Positions 32,701-40,477 of a DNA stretch of 57,195 nucleotides are shown here, piece by piece. The stretch comes from a virus. Its lineage: Duplodnaviria > Caudoviricetes. The stretch covers positions 1-57,195 of the IMG/VR virus record IMGVR_UViG_3300042544_000814; one strand, given 5' to 3'. Numbering within the stretch: position 1 is the stretch's first letter; every line of letters starts with the position of its first letter. Under the pieces are notes generated by a model, which searched no databases, was not told the DNA's origin, and was given only the letters and a program-made list of their open reading frames with translations. A program made the position numbers and the translations under genes.

Positions 32701-35700
32701 ATCCAATTCTTTTTCTGAAATGTCTTTCCGAATGCCTGCCTGCTTTCGTAATCCTTTTCGATATGCGACAGGTGAGCACCACGTAAGCTGCCCAATACCT
32801 TTTCGTCTAATCCATACTTAGCTCCAAGCTTTGTTACGAATTCATTCTCTCTTATAAGTATTTCATTTATTGGTAACTGAGTTTTTGGGTCGATCTTATT
32901 ATAATAATCTACTCTAGACTGAAACTCTTTTGCTAATGGAGCGGGGGCACTTCTTAGCACCTTTGTTAGCTGCTTAAAAGCTTTTGATTGTGTTGGTGCA
33001 CCAGTAGTTCCATCTTCAAATCTTGTGCCAAACATATTTGCCAAAATCTTTACAACTGTAGGTGCGTTTTGTGGGGTAACACGAATTCTGAGTCCAGCCT
33101 TGTTAACAACTTTCTGGAGAGCTCTTGCAGTTGATCTATCCTTAGTTATAATCTTAGAGATTTCTTTAACGCTAAATCCACCAGGAGTGTATGTCTCTAC
33201 ATATGGTGGCTTAGGGTTAGAGGTATAACTGTTTGGACCAGTCTTATTGCTTCCGAATGGACTACTTAGTCTGTAAAACTTTGCATCATTCTCAAAATTA
33301 CCTTTTCCACCTCGCATAGATACTGGAGACAGCCTGAAGCCAGGATATTCACCCATTTTATTAAAGTCCATCAAAGCATCTGTTACAGCTGCGGAAGATC
33401 TTCTGGCAACACTTCTCTTGGTTACTAGATCAATGTCTCCATACCTTTCTAGAGTGTCTGACTTAAAGTTTGGGGTAGGGCCAAACATTCCAGTCTTTGG
33501 ATCTTTATATCCATATTGCTTTCCACGATCACCAATAGGGAAATCTGTGGTTACAGCGTTATACTGCTTGCCCTTAAATCCAAATAGCTTATTTATTAAT
33601 GCCTGAACAGGAGAAGTTCTTGCATAGCCATATGTTGGTCTGGCAGAACCTGGAGTGTCTGGACCAAGACCAAACACTTTTTGCTCCATTCTCTTACGAA
33701 GGAATTCTTGTGCTATGTTTTTATTTTTAGCAATGTCAAGGAAGTCTGCACCAGTGCCAGTTTCGAATGCACTCTTGTATCTTCCGCCCTTGCCAGCCTG
33801 TAGCATAGCTTCTAGATCTGTTTTCTTGGTTCTAACGGCTACACGAGAACGTCCCAACATTGATGCAAACGGGTTACGCCCAATAGAGTATCCAGGAATG
33901 CTATCAGTCATCATTCCCTGAATGATGCCAGCATACTTCTTGCTTTGCTTGGCTGGAATTACAGCTTCTCCAGGAGAAAGCATTGCTGGGACTATATCTC
34001 CAGCACCCTTTGGACCTGGAACTGATAAAATTCCAGAGTTAAGCTTCATTGGCTTTTGTCCAGCAGGATTCTTTGGTCCTATAGGTACGTTAAGAAGTCT
34101 GGATTGTGCTACTACAGCCCTAGCATATGCGGAAGCTAGCTTGTCTACAGATGCTGCCTCAACATTGAACGTCTGGATAAGCTTGGCGTGTGTCTGGTCA
34201 AGTGATGCTGCTACAGCTGATGCCTCTAGCTGTTGCTGGGTCATGTACTCTGTAGATGTGGCTAGATCCTTTGAAGATGTTCCTGCCCCCTGGAACACCT
34301 TTGATATAAAACCAAACATCTTAATAAGGTTTGCAACACCGTTAGCTATCAAACCAAAAGTCATGAGGAGGACTGGACCAATACCAGCAAAAATTGTAGT
34401 AAGGACTACAATAAAGTTTTTTGCCCCATCGCTCATGTTGTTAAATCTATCTAGTAAATTCTTGGCAAACTCAACTACTGGGGTAATTGCCTTTAGGAAT
34501 GCCTCTCCCAACGGAACCAAAGAAACCTTAAGGTCTTCGACTGCCTTCTTGAACTTGTACATTGGAGAATCTTCAACACGCTTCATTTCTCGTTCAGAAA
34601 GGATGGCTAATTCTTCTGCAGTCTGTTGCGAAATCTTTGCAACTCTCTGTGCCTGGGTTCCTTCCTTAATGACGTTCTGGAATAGTGTAGATAGACGTGC
34701 GAACTGGAACTTTCCGAATAGCTGCTCAATTGCACGGGCACGATTTAATGGGTCTAGAGTATCTAGTGCACTAGCAAAGTCGATGACCAGTCCTCTAACA
34801 TCACCTTTATTAGCATCTACAATACCTTTAAGATTGATTCCCATCTGTAGCAAGAATTCGTTTGCTTTTCCAGATGGGTTAATTAGAGATGCTAGACCAG
34901 ACTTGAGTGCGTTAGCACCCTCAGAGGCATTAATTCCACCTTCCTTCATGGCAGTCATGAAGAATGCTAGATCTTCCATGTCTCCACCAAGCTGCTTGAT
35001 TACTGGAGCAGCCTTTGGAATAGCAATTGTCAGGTCTTCAATGGCAGTGACTGTTTGGTTTTCAACTGCGTTTAGAAAGTCAATTTCGCCAGCCAGGTCT
35101 TTGGCAGAGGTTCCAAATGCATTCATTAGGGAGATAGTAGTGTCCAATGCCTGCTGCTGCTCTACCCCACCAAGAACAGATAGCCTGGTAGCTTGATTAA
35201 TTTGAGCAAGAAGATCTGCATTTGTTAGACCCATTGCTGCTGCGGATGCAGCCATCTCCATGGTCTTTTCTACAGCAACACCATACTTTGTAAATTCAGA
35301 GGCAAGCTTCTGAACCTGCTTAATCATCTTGTCTGTTTCTTCTGTAGCAGTAAACGTATCTCCATAGACACGCTTAAACTTGATTGCCTGCTCTTCCATT
35401 TGCATAAAGGTCTTTGCTGCAACTGACCCCAGCATAGCAAGCGGAATTGTAAAACCAACCATGAGCTGACGACCAGCCCACTGGGTATTCTTACCAAAGT
35501 TTAGAAGATTTGTGGATCCCTGCTTCAGTAGCTGATTAAATAGCTGTTGCTTTTGAGCAGCAATTGCTGTTTTTGTAGCTAGGTTATCCATGTCTAAAGC
35601 TAAAGGCCGAACAGAAATGGCCTTCATAGCACCACTACCGTCACGGCCTAGCTTTATAAACTGTGTTTGAAGAGTCTTAACTCTCTCTGTTGCAACCTTT

Positions 35701-36044
35701 TCTATTGTAGCGAATTCGCTCTTAAAGAATCTACCAAAACTTTTGGTGGCTGCACCAGCATATCTGAAAGTCTCACCAAACCCTAGCTTATTTCTCTCTA
35801 GGGCTGTGGTGAAAGACTCTGCAGTTGTAGAAATGGTCCTAACATTTGCTGCAAACTTACCAGTTGCATTGATGTTATTAATCAGGTTGCGTTGGATGTT
35901 TTGGGCAGCTTTTGCCTGCTGGGTACCACTCTGAAGGAGCTGAGCATTTAGCTGAGATATTTGCCTTTGTAGGTTTTTAATTTCTGCAATACCCACAGAC
36001 GTATCGACATTAATTATAATGTCGGATCTGATATCATCAGCCAT
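26718..36044 (-). CDS. Tape measure protein (3108 aa) with inserted domains
   Basis: TP901-type core near the N-terminus (MKEGGINASEGANALKS), Gly/Ala transmembrane-like stretches, coiled coils, C-terminal SDTIPAMLTPGEFV. Follows the tail chaperones; RBS AAGGAGG. Confidence 0.93.
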   Translation of the reverse strand: MADDIRSDIIINVDTSVGIAEIKNLQRQISQLNAQLLQSGTQQAKAAQNIQRNLINNINATGKFAANVRTISTTAESFTTALERNKLGFGETFRYAGAATKSFGRFFKSEFATIEKVATERVKTLQTQFIKLGRDGSGAMKAISVRPLALDMDNLATKTAIAAQKQQLFNQLLKQGSTNLLNFGKNTQWAGRQLMVGFTIPLAMLGSVAAKTFMQMEEQAIKFKRVYGDTFTATEETDKMIKQVQKLASEFTKYGVAVEKTMEMAASAAAMGLTNADLLAQINQATRLSVLGGVEQQQALDTTISLMNAFGTSAKDLAGEIDFLNAVENQTVTAIEDLTIAIPKAAPVIKQLGGDMEDLAFFMTAMKEGGINASEGANALKSGLASLINPSGKANEFLLQMGINLKGIVDANKGDVRGLVIDFASALDTLDPLNRARAIEQLFGKFQFARLSTLFQNVIKEGTQAQRVAKISQQTAEELAILSEREMKRVEDSPMYKFKKAVEDLKVSLVPLGEAFLKAITPVVEFAKNLLDRFNNMSDGAKNFIVVLTTIFAGIGPVLLMTFGLIANGVANLIKMFGFISKVFQGAGTSSKDLATSTEYMTQQQLEASAVAASLDQTHAKLIQTFNVEAASVDKLASAYARAVVAQSRLLNVPIGPKNPAGQKPMKLNSGILSVPGPKGAGDIVPAMLSPGEAVIPAKQSKKYAGIIQGMMTDSIPGYSIGRNPFASMLGRSRVAVRTKKTDLEAMLQAGKGGRYKSAFETGTGADFLDIAKNKNIAQEFLRKRMEQKVFGLGPDTPGSARPTYGYARTSPVQALINKLFGFKGKQYNAVTTDFPIGDRGKQYGYKDPKTGMFGPTPNFKSDTLERYGDIDLVTKRSVARRSSAAVTDALMDFNKMGEYPGFRLSPVSMRGGKGNFENDAKFYRLSSPFGSNKTGPNSYTSNPKPPYVETYTPGGFSVKEISKIITKDRSTARALQKVVNKAGLRIRVTPQNAPTVVKILANMFGTRFEDGTTGAPTQSKAFKQLTKVLRSAPAPLAKEFQSRVDYYNKIDPKTQLPINEILIRENEFVTKLGAKYGLDEKVLGSLRGAHLSHIEKDYESRQAFGKTFQKKNWIYQNLQADHAMVNKALDDMSKTSSFKVLMNDSEKNIDKIAKSLGIDSAVARREFNRLKGGAHPTTIEAYKLLGRISKDFYTANAGSTRAMVATKEAGMLSEFIDERLVEYKKSPGNSYLGRLASMRISPRDAADEKYLSQVNAQARRKHEEVMERHAAKQVAPKIGKPVSPKPAKSEKPSPKPGRASRQQAAISMAQLLGKRYANGVVSVPGPKGAGDVVPAMLSPGEAVIPAKQSEKYAPLIQQMVHGKIPGYFDSNVPKIPGFDTSGRPLPLDPLGNSQGTVGARPGKSPFLPTDDQIDKSGKRFGLRAFSPKTVAEGAKNLGTGFVSVAKKAALDVATRGQLLLPHTAAPLNTYTDLANGSVRDNNSGKVYANKDEMVRDNERNTNIKNARVPGTSYMVPSGSGNKVFTFDEKGKARPATAEAKQQFLAPAAYGRNAANQDVDKDGKPIPKQTLRQRYGNAMGRTTGAAGGAAGAAMMGAMMVGMSDSPMAKMANDLMPALMVASIAIPLMGSFAGAIAVAVGAVIGSIMLLNAKFDDAQKKVLEYSETMKASREAMQTIAEFGGNVTASEAMDRRRAERDRELGAVAGKTTYGEAFVQTEAGKKQTEALAKQLASGDREGSVKDLTSQLTSAVLSNAMTFSQATSMAGNLAKESGDASIAIDVIANMEELLGPNGTDLLKDPLQVRINALQANQDAMTQSLATANANVGPGYFGSASGSSVDRNTGVIGTALGAGAAGAGIGALIAGALTAGVAAPLGAAIGGIIGTIGGAIAGFAAYEEGVANYGKLGAAVAVDAKIALEQNKELLDSMDMFYEKKIKELKIQGKINEANAMQTRYMDERKILTDQMAAMNQEILNGFNESPALQESLMSGAVKATDAKYKDDADQLAYVDVVRAQADQLKLGEDQQYLIELKMSSGEIPPATMRKLMDMAMGDAKSQAAVLNIITKFSGDVAGRTAELGAMLGDKDLARKLTLEVDAQESDGDAQDLLNNISELTRLGQVIPAKVAVDFYLANSAAYNKFNKLMDTINEKKPKTIKAVLEIAPELKGKISKEDEAYFNTLSEDDKVVYTKTLVSQLYVPEADIIASEDYQKWLTEDVTIDGYKYGGKQYAGMSDSVKVGYYRAHEAFKATQGSAAAAPKTPGGGGGGGGGGRNEPLDDPLSRLKEIRDSRINAKGGKKELMRLLGGNKDITRFTGMEQLLTQKGGSSEFVDYLMGLDEADQKKFFKTNKKTGAITLTDQGTATKKAFNEIALGEFQNGMARVTVDVNNQNVALQRLVASGMSVSEAYAAVEDTAFAAAVATKDLSNEELKKITEEAKRAEKALRQFEAVRTLREDVTNENRDLRVTERFAQGATKFDFAQQQAILEDSNLREIYGQYLAGEINTLPQEFKTRLEQVVNSLEFKEGLFTDGLNKAMDKFAAEERAIDIKAELSIVGDRKIAEVAQNDIALLQYQIDDYQAGLQEIAWKEEEISKSYEKKYEALDRIEEVNQRITAQQQKQLGLADALSRGDIAAAARAAQEMRDQSARDALSSQRDALERAQKLQTDALLSKSGMTRQQLDDKILVNQKKIFEIEESRLEPAQENIRKAEAAASLAKQDLKVAGKTRLEWDQISNGIELARTSSEEYTKAINGGLTVVKDIEDYYNTKPSDRQSNVQTLFTNEQNAATNAKFNQKPVAVATGGPSSGGGSDSDNGDGQDEDSVPDTTKNVNVPSGVDTTTLAGILAASSMNFPTSGADAARNATLYGGDAVKRDNFQPSGADAAAAAAQAKREDILKNSLGKTKNNPIIAAALTAGSSETSPQTLKVPANSFFKVPVGSTVYSVKRFGASYVLKYGKKPGSIVYSNGKTGAWSTSKPGGAFGNVKQALDNILRVESPQGIHKDHYKTFPADSIGFSSGGLMATRFVSKGSDTIPAMLTPGEFVMSKYGVENFGADKLKAVNNGTYNGDSMYNYEVNVNVQTDSNPDQIARAVMNQIKHIDSQRIRGNKF

Positions 36045-36085
36045 TCATCAGCACCTCCTTTTATATACTATTTTAAATTATTAAA

Positions 36086-36397
36086 TTATCGAGCTGGTCC
36101 GCCGAATAGCGAACTATTTCCCGATGCCTCTTCAACAATCTTGTAGACTGTTGGTAGGTCAAGCAGGTCTTCCAGGACAGAGATATCCTCTGCCAACTCT
36201 GGCTTAAACTGCTTCATAGCAATCTGGACACACTCAAGCAAAAGGTTCATCGACTTGTCGTTGTCTTCTGCTACTTCCTGAATTGCCTGGAACTTTGCCA
36301 AAAACGGCCTAAGAAGAGAAATCTTCAAAGGACGGATTTCGATTTTTTGACCATCTAGTAGTGTAACTACCTTGTCTTCATTTACTGTAACTGCCAT
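36086..36397 (-). CDS. Tail assembly chaperone (G-like)
   Basis: Between tail tube and TMP; paralogous to the N-terminal half of 36460-37143. Start MAVTV after AAGGA. Confidence 0.75.
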   Translation of the reverse strand: MAVTVNEDKVVTLLDGQKIEIRPLKISLLRPFLAKFQAIQEVAEDNDKSMNLLLECVQIAMKQFKPELAEDISVLEDLLDLPTVYKIVEEASGNSSLFGGPAR

Positions 36398-36434
36398 TGT
36401 TTTTTGGTTTCCTTTCCCATATTGGGGCTTAACC

Positions 36435-36443
36435 ATTATAGCA
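36435..36443 (-). promoter_or_regulatory. Extended -10 promoter TGCTATAAT
   Basis: Recurring motif in the gap between the two chaperone genes. Confidence 0.6.
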
Positions 36444-36459
36444 CAGAGATACCTTATTT

Positions 36460-37143
36460 TTACTCAACTTTTTCGTAGCTTAGCCCCATGCCAATTCCAA
36501 AACCAGCCTTTTGGGCATTAGCACCCTGCAGGGCAACCACATCGTTAGAATCCTTTGCCTGACCGCCACTAAACACTCTGGCCTTCATCTCTTCCCAGGC
36601 ATTAGCTTTATCTCTTCCAGACTCCTTGTCAAGATCAACGCCTTGGATGGCTGCATGAAACTTTTTATTGTCATAATCCATCTCTCGTTTTACTTCAAGA
36701 GCAGCCATGAGCTCTGGCATTGATAGACTTATTTCGAGCTCTTCGTAGTCTCTCCAAATACCCAGCAAGAATAGTTCCGACTCTAGCTTGGCTAGATCTA
36801 GCTTTTCCCACTCCGATCCACTTTCCACAGCATCCTTCTTTACGTCAGGGCTGTCCTTCTTTACTTTTACTCCTGCAGCAACATCTATGATTTCGTAAAT
36901 TGTTTTTAAATCTACCATATCTTCTAGATCAAATATTGTTTGAATCGATGGGTGGTATTGCTGCATTGCAATCCTTGCACATTCTGATAAAAAGAATATT
37001 GCCTCTTCGTCATTCTTTGCAGTCTTGACAAACTCAAAGGCATCCATAAACTCTCTTAAATACTTTATCTTAAGTGGAGTAAGGTACACCAAAGTACCGT
37101 CTATAAGCCTTATAGTTTTTGAATCATATACCCTGGTAGCCAT
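36460..37143 (-). CDS. Tail assembly chaperone (GT-like, single ORF)
   Basis: G-like N-terminal half plus T-like C-terminal half (W..YEELE.SLSMPEL). Confidence 0.75.
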   Translation of the reverse strand: MATRVYDSKTIRLIDGTLVYLTPLKIKYLREFMDAFEFVKTAKNDEEAIFFLSECARIAMQQYHPSIQTIFDLEDMVDLKTIYEIIDVAAGVKVKKDSPDVKKDAVESGSEWEKLDLAKLESELFLLGIWRDYEELEISLSMPELMAALEVKREMDYDNKKFHAAIQGVDLDKESGRDKANAWEEMKARVFSGGQAKDSNDVVALQGANAQKAGFGIGMGLSYEKVE

Positions 37144-37149
37144 CCTACT

Positions 37150-37158
37150 ATTGTATCA
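37150..37158 (-). promoter_or_regulatory. Extended -10 promoter TGATACAAT (leaderless start)
   Basis: 6 nt before ATG at 37143, immediately after the terminator. Confidence 0.65.
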
Positions 37159-37194
37159 AAAAGAAACCGCCCTAGCAGTTAAACTAGGGCGGTT
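37158..37194 (-). terminator. Rho-independent terminator after the major tail gene
   Basis: 11-bp stem AACCGCCCTAG / CTAGGGCGGTT followed by TCTTTTT on the minus strand. Confidence 0.9.
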
Positions 37195-37213
37195 CTCAGT
37201 ATTAAGTTATGAT

Positions 37214-37840
37214 TTAGGACTCTGGAGTCACTGTGCGGTCTACGATCTTACCGTAAGAAGCACTGTCGTTTGGAAGCAAGCGGAAGCTTACCTCAAACAT
37301 TGTTGCCTCGTCACGCTTTGCAGATACTGTAACGCTCTCGATAGAGAGGGCACGGTATGCAACGTAGATACGCTCTAGCTCAGAACCAATAGCACAGTCA
37401 CCTGTACCAGGACCAACTGCAACTAGACCACGCTCAACTGGGCACTCACCGATGTCACCTGCGGACAGGTTCATGGTTGGGTTACCAGCTACTGTGGATA
37501 GGTCAGCGTCCTTACCAGCTAGCGAGAACAGCAAGTTCTCTAGGGTTGACTCAGCAAAAGCAGTATTCAGGTTAACCTGCATACCCTGCTTGTAAAGCTT
37601 AGCCACGTCTAGAACCTGGTCAACCTGTACTTCACCGAAGTCAGGCTGGAACTGGATCTCTAGACCGTTCATTGTGTAACCAACGTTACGGAAGCTAACG
37701 TCGTCAGATAGAGTTTCCACATATCTTTCGCCACTTACGTACGCTGGCAAATCAGCGTCGGTAAGGTTACCGTCTTCGAAAGTGAAGAGAGCTGCTGCAC
37801 CAACAATAATGTTGGAGCTTGAACCACGTGTATATGCCAT
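37214..37840 (-). CDS. Major tail (tube) protein
   Basis: NIIVGAA, VGYTMNG...VQVDQ, ESTLENL; has its own terminator. Confidence 0.88.
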   Translation of the reverse strand: MAYTRGSSSNIIVGAAALFTFEDGNLTDADLPAYVSGERYVETLSDDVSFRNVGYTMNGLEIQFQPDFGEVQVDQVLDVAKLYKQGMQVNLNTAFAESTLENLLFSLAGKDADLSTVAGNPTMNLSAGDIGECPVERGLVAVGPGTGDCAIGSELERIYVAYRALSIESVTVSAKRDEATMFEVSFRLLPNDSASYGKIVDRTVTPES

Positions 37841-37900
37841 AATTTTCACCTCTTTTTTTAGTTTTATGGATTAAAAAAAGGCGTTTGTTTCCTCATGCCA

Positions 37901-37909
37901 ATTATAGCA
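37901..37909 (-). promoter_or_regulatory. Extended -10 promoter TGCTATAAT
   Basis: Upstream of the major tail gene. Confidence 0.6.
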
Positions 37910-37914
37910 CGGTT

Positions 37915-38478
37915 TTATATAGTTGTATTATTGTAGGTAGTATTTCCATTAGAATACCCCTTAGTATGATAGCAGTAATCAATAATTATTTTATTACCAG
38001 CATATGTCCTAGCCGTGCCAAAATCAACGATGTCTCTTGTCTCTTCTAGCTGATAAATCTTGATATCGTGAAAGTATACTGGCAAGAATTCTTTAGTAGT
38101 GTTACCATCCTGTTTGACATAAACACCATTTACAAGCTTACCCTTGATCCATTCATTTAGGTCTTGAGCAGACTCATCCCCACGGTCAAGTAGGTCAGCT
38201 ATGTATTGAGTAGCATCTATCATTGCAACAATGTCTAGCGAATAGAAATAGTACAATAGCTGTTCGTCCTTAATGTGTGGGAAAGCCTTTCTACGCATTT
38301 TAAACATTCTGTCATATACCGCAAACAAGTTGCCTGTATTATTTATGGTTGCCGTTTGTGTTAACTGCTCTATTGTAGATGGGCTAGTTGGAAAGAATGG
38401 AACATCCGTGTTTGCAATTGCAAGAATCTTTTCTTTCAAATAGTCATTAATAAAGATAGGTGGGTACGATATTGCCAT
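37915..38478 (-). CDS. Putative tail terminator/completion protein
   Basis: Position immediately before the tail tube gene. Confidence 0.55.
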   Translation of the reverse strand: MAISYPPIFINDYLKEKILAIANTDVPFFPTSPSTIEQLTQTATINNTGNLFAVYDRMFKMRRKAFPHIKDEQLLYYFYSLDIVAMIDATQYIADLLDRGDESAQDLNEWIKGKLVNGVYVKQDGNTTKEFLPVYFHDIKIYQLEETRDIVDFGTARTYAGNKIIIDYCYHTKGYSNGNTTYNNTTI

Positions 38479-39146
38479 TAGATAAGACCTGCCTTTGCTA
38501 TCCAGGATTGTCCGACTGTTACGCCTAGAGTTCTACCGCCACGTTTTCCAGAGCTAAAGTTTTTCTTAAAGTCAACTGGACTACGAAGGTATGAAGCAAT
38601 CCCAGAGCTTTCAAGAAATGACTGAGTAAAGTATCTATTAAAAAATGAATTAAACACCCTCTCATACTCTCCTTGGACCTGGCCTCCTGGATTGCTCACC
38701 CTAACTGGCTTGGTGGTAAAAACTGTTTCTCCGTCTTGCTCAAATGCAAGCACTCGCTGCTTTGGAACGATTGTAACTGGTATTCCATTTTCCATAATCC
38801 TAGCTTTATCATAGAATGGTACACGTGATCCATTCTTAATAGATGACGACTGTCTAAATGTTGAATTGAAGGATAGGCCTACTCCAGTAGAGACATACTT
38901 GATGTCGTATAGCCTAGCATCTGGGGAACCTGTCTTATCCCATTCGTAGACGTGGTGTAGGACTTGTGGATTTACCCTGGCATTTGCATCTATGTATGCC
39001 TTCAAAGCCTCTGACATCGTCGCTCCGAGCTGCTGGAGGAATGATGGGTAGCCCTGCTTAACCCCATCCAAAAATCCTAAAGCATAGTTTACGATATTGT
39101 CCATATCCTTTGCAAACTGCTTGTTCTTAACCGTTACCCTATACAT
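38478..39146 (-). CDS. Putative neck/tail completion protein
   Basis: Position in the neck module; KARIMENG...VxNPG. Confidence 0.55.
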   Translation of the reverse strand: MYRVTVKNKQFAKDMDNIVNYALGFLDGVKQGYPSFLQQLGATMSEALKAYIDANARVNPQVLHHVYEWDKTGSPDARLYDIKYVSTGVGLSFNSTFRQSSSIKNGSRVPFYDKARIMENGIPVTIVPKQRVLAFEQDGETVFTTKPVRVSNPGGQVQGEYERVFNSFFNRYFTQSFLESSGIASYLRSPVDFKKNFSSGKRGGRTLGVTVGQSWIAKAGLI

Positions 39147-39595
39147 TAAACATCAGCCGCCTGATTTTCTGATCTACGAACAACTAACTTGTAATACTCA
39201 ACATTTCCAAATGGACCAGCAAATGGCTCATTCGTGGCTACCTCAAAAATAGTAGACTTGCCAGCTCTTGGTCCAGATGTTTCAACATATAGAGGATTAC
39301 AATTCTTATCCCGAATGTTTGTTATGATTACATTTGTAATGGCGTTACCTGCGTCACGACTAGAGAATCTAATATCATCTTTTACTCTTCCCATTAGAAT
39401 GCCATCTTGGGTAATATTTATATTTGGCTTGACTTCTTCTTTCCACGCTGTCCCAGCTGGAGCCAAACTACAGGCAATTGTTCTGTCTAGAACCCAGGTC
39501 TTTATAACGTTTCCAAGAGCACCTTGTTCAACTATTGGGTGATAAACATCTGCTTCCATTGGGAATATGAAATCTGTCTTGTCCCCACACGCCAT
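39146..39595 (-). CDS. Putative head-closure (stopper) protein
   Basis: Size, position and beta-rich pattern. Confidence 0.55.
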   Translation of the reverse strand: MACGDKTDFIFPMEADVYHPIVEQGALGNVIKTWVLDRTIACSLAPAGTAWKEEVKPNINITQDGILMGRVKDDIRFSSRDAGNAITNVIITNIRDKNCNPLYVETSGPRAGKSTIFEVATNEPFAGPFGNVEYYKLVVRRSENQAADV

Positions 39596-40476
39596 TATAA
39601 GACTCCTATTGTCCGAATCGGCCTCATGTATTTGGACAGAATCTTATCTACAATGATGTTTCCAGTGCCATCAAAGACACCAGAATCAAACTTAATCTTA
39701 AACTGATCGGTATTGTAGTCTGCAATATAACGCTTGTAGTAATCAAGCTTTCCGCATGAAATATCGTCAACCAGCATTTCGGTCGCACGAACCACATCTG
39801 ATGGTATTTTCTTATACCCTATTTCTAGTACGGCAGAGTAGTCGAAGCCTCTGGGAAATCCACGATATACGAAATTTAGATCTAGCATATCTGATCCAGC
39901 AGCTGGCAAAAGGATCGGTGCACCTTCATTTCTGTTAAAGGTGTCTGAGTAAAGTTCTTTAATTGCAAACTTGTCTTTGGTTAGTCCATACTGAATGGTG
40001 TATAGCTCTGGCTCTGAGATATCAAAAACTAATGTGTTGTTCTCATAAAGCTTTAGTAGCTTGTTTGCATTTGTCCAAATTGGAAGGTAGTCAGCACCTA
40101 GTCCAGTTGTGGAGTAATACTTCTTCTTGTAATAAAAACCGTCATTTACGATAGAGTCAATAATTGCTCTAGCAATTTCTTCATTTTTCCTATATTCCGC
40201 AATCTCTGTGGCGGTGGTTCCCTTAGTGGTTGGATCTACATATGGCCTAACCACGGAAACATTTTCTGTAGAATCATCTACAGTTATTTCATAATCTCCG
40301 TCAACAGTGCTAGGAAGATCTATGTATGCTGTCTGTCCAGCTGAAGTTATCTCAACAACTCCAGTGGATACTGAGTGGTCCGCCAAGTCTAGGATAGAAT
40401 ACTCATACTCTACCCCAACGTCCAATCCAGTAACTGGATAGGTAACACTACTTGACGGAACCCTCAATATTTCCAT
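39595..40476 (-). CDS. Head-to-tail adaptor
   Basis: ARAIIDS...GYKKIPSDVVRAT...TGNIIVDKILSKY; start MEILR. Confidence 0.7.
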   Translation of the reverse strand: MEILRVPSSSVTYPVTGLDVGVEYEYSILDLADHSVSTGVVEITSAGQTAYIDLPSTVDGDYEITVDDSTENVSVVRPYVDPTTKGTTATEIAEYRKNEEIARAIIDSIVNDGFYYKKKYYSTTGLGADYLPIWTNANKLLKLYENNTLVFDISEPELYTIQYGLTKDKFAIKELYSDTFNRNEGAPILLPAAGSDMLDLNFVYRGFPRGFDYSAVLEIGYKKIPSDVVRATEMLVDDISCGKLDYYKRYIADYNTDQFKIKFDSGVFDGTGNIIVDKILSKYMRPIRTIGVL

Positions 40477-40477
40477 T

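Noticed and set aside
33922-35196. 424-aa plus-strand ORF
   Set aside because: Antisense shadow of the TMP core; no RBS or recognisable motifs. The other plus-strand ORFs in the track are rejected for the same reason.
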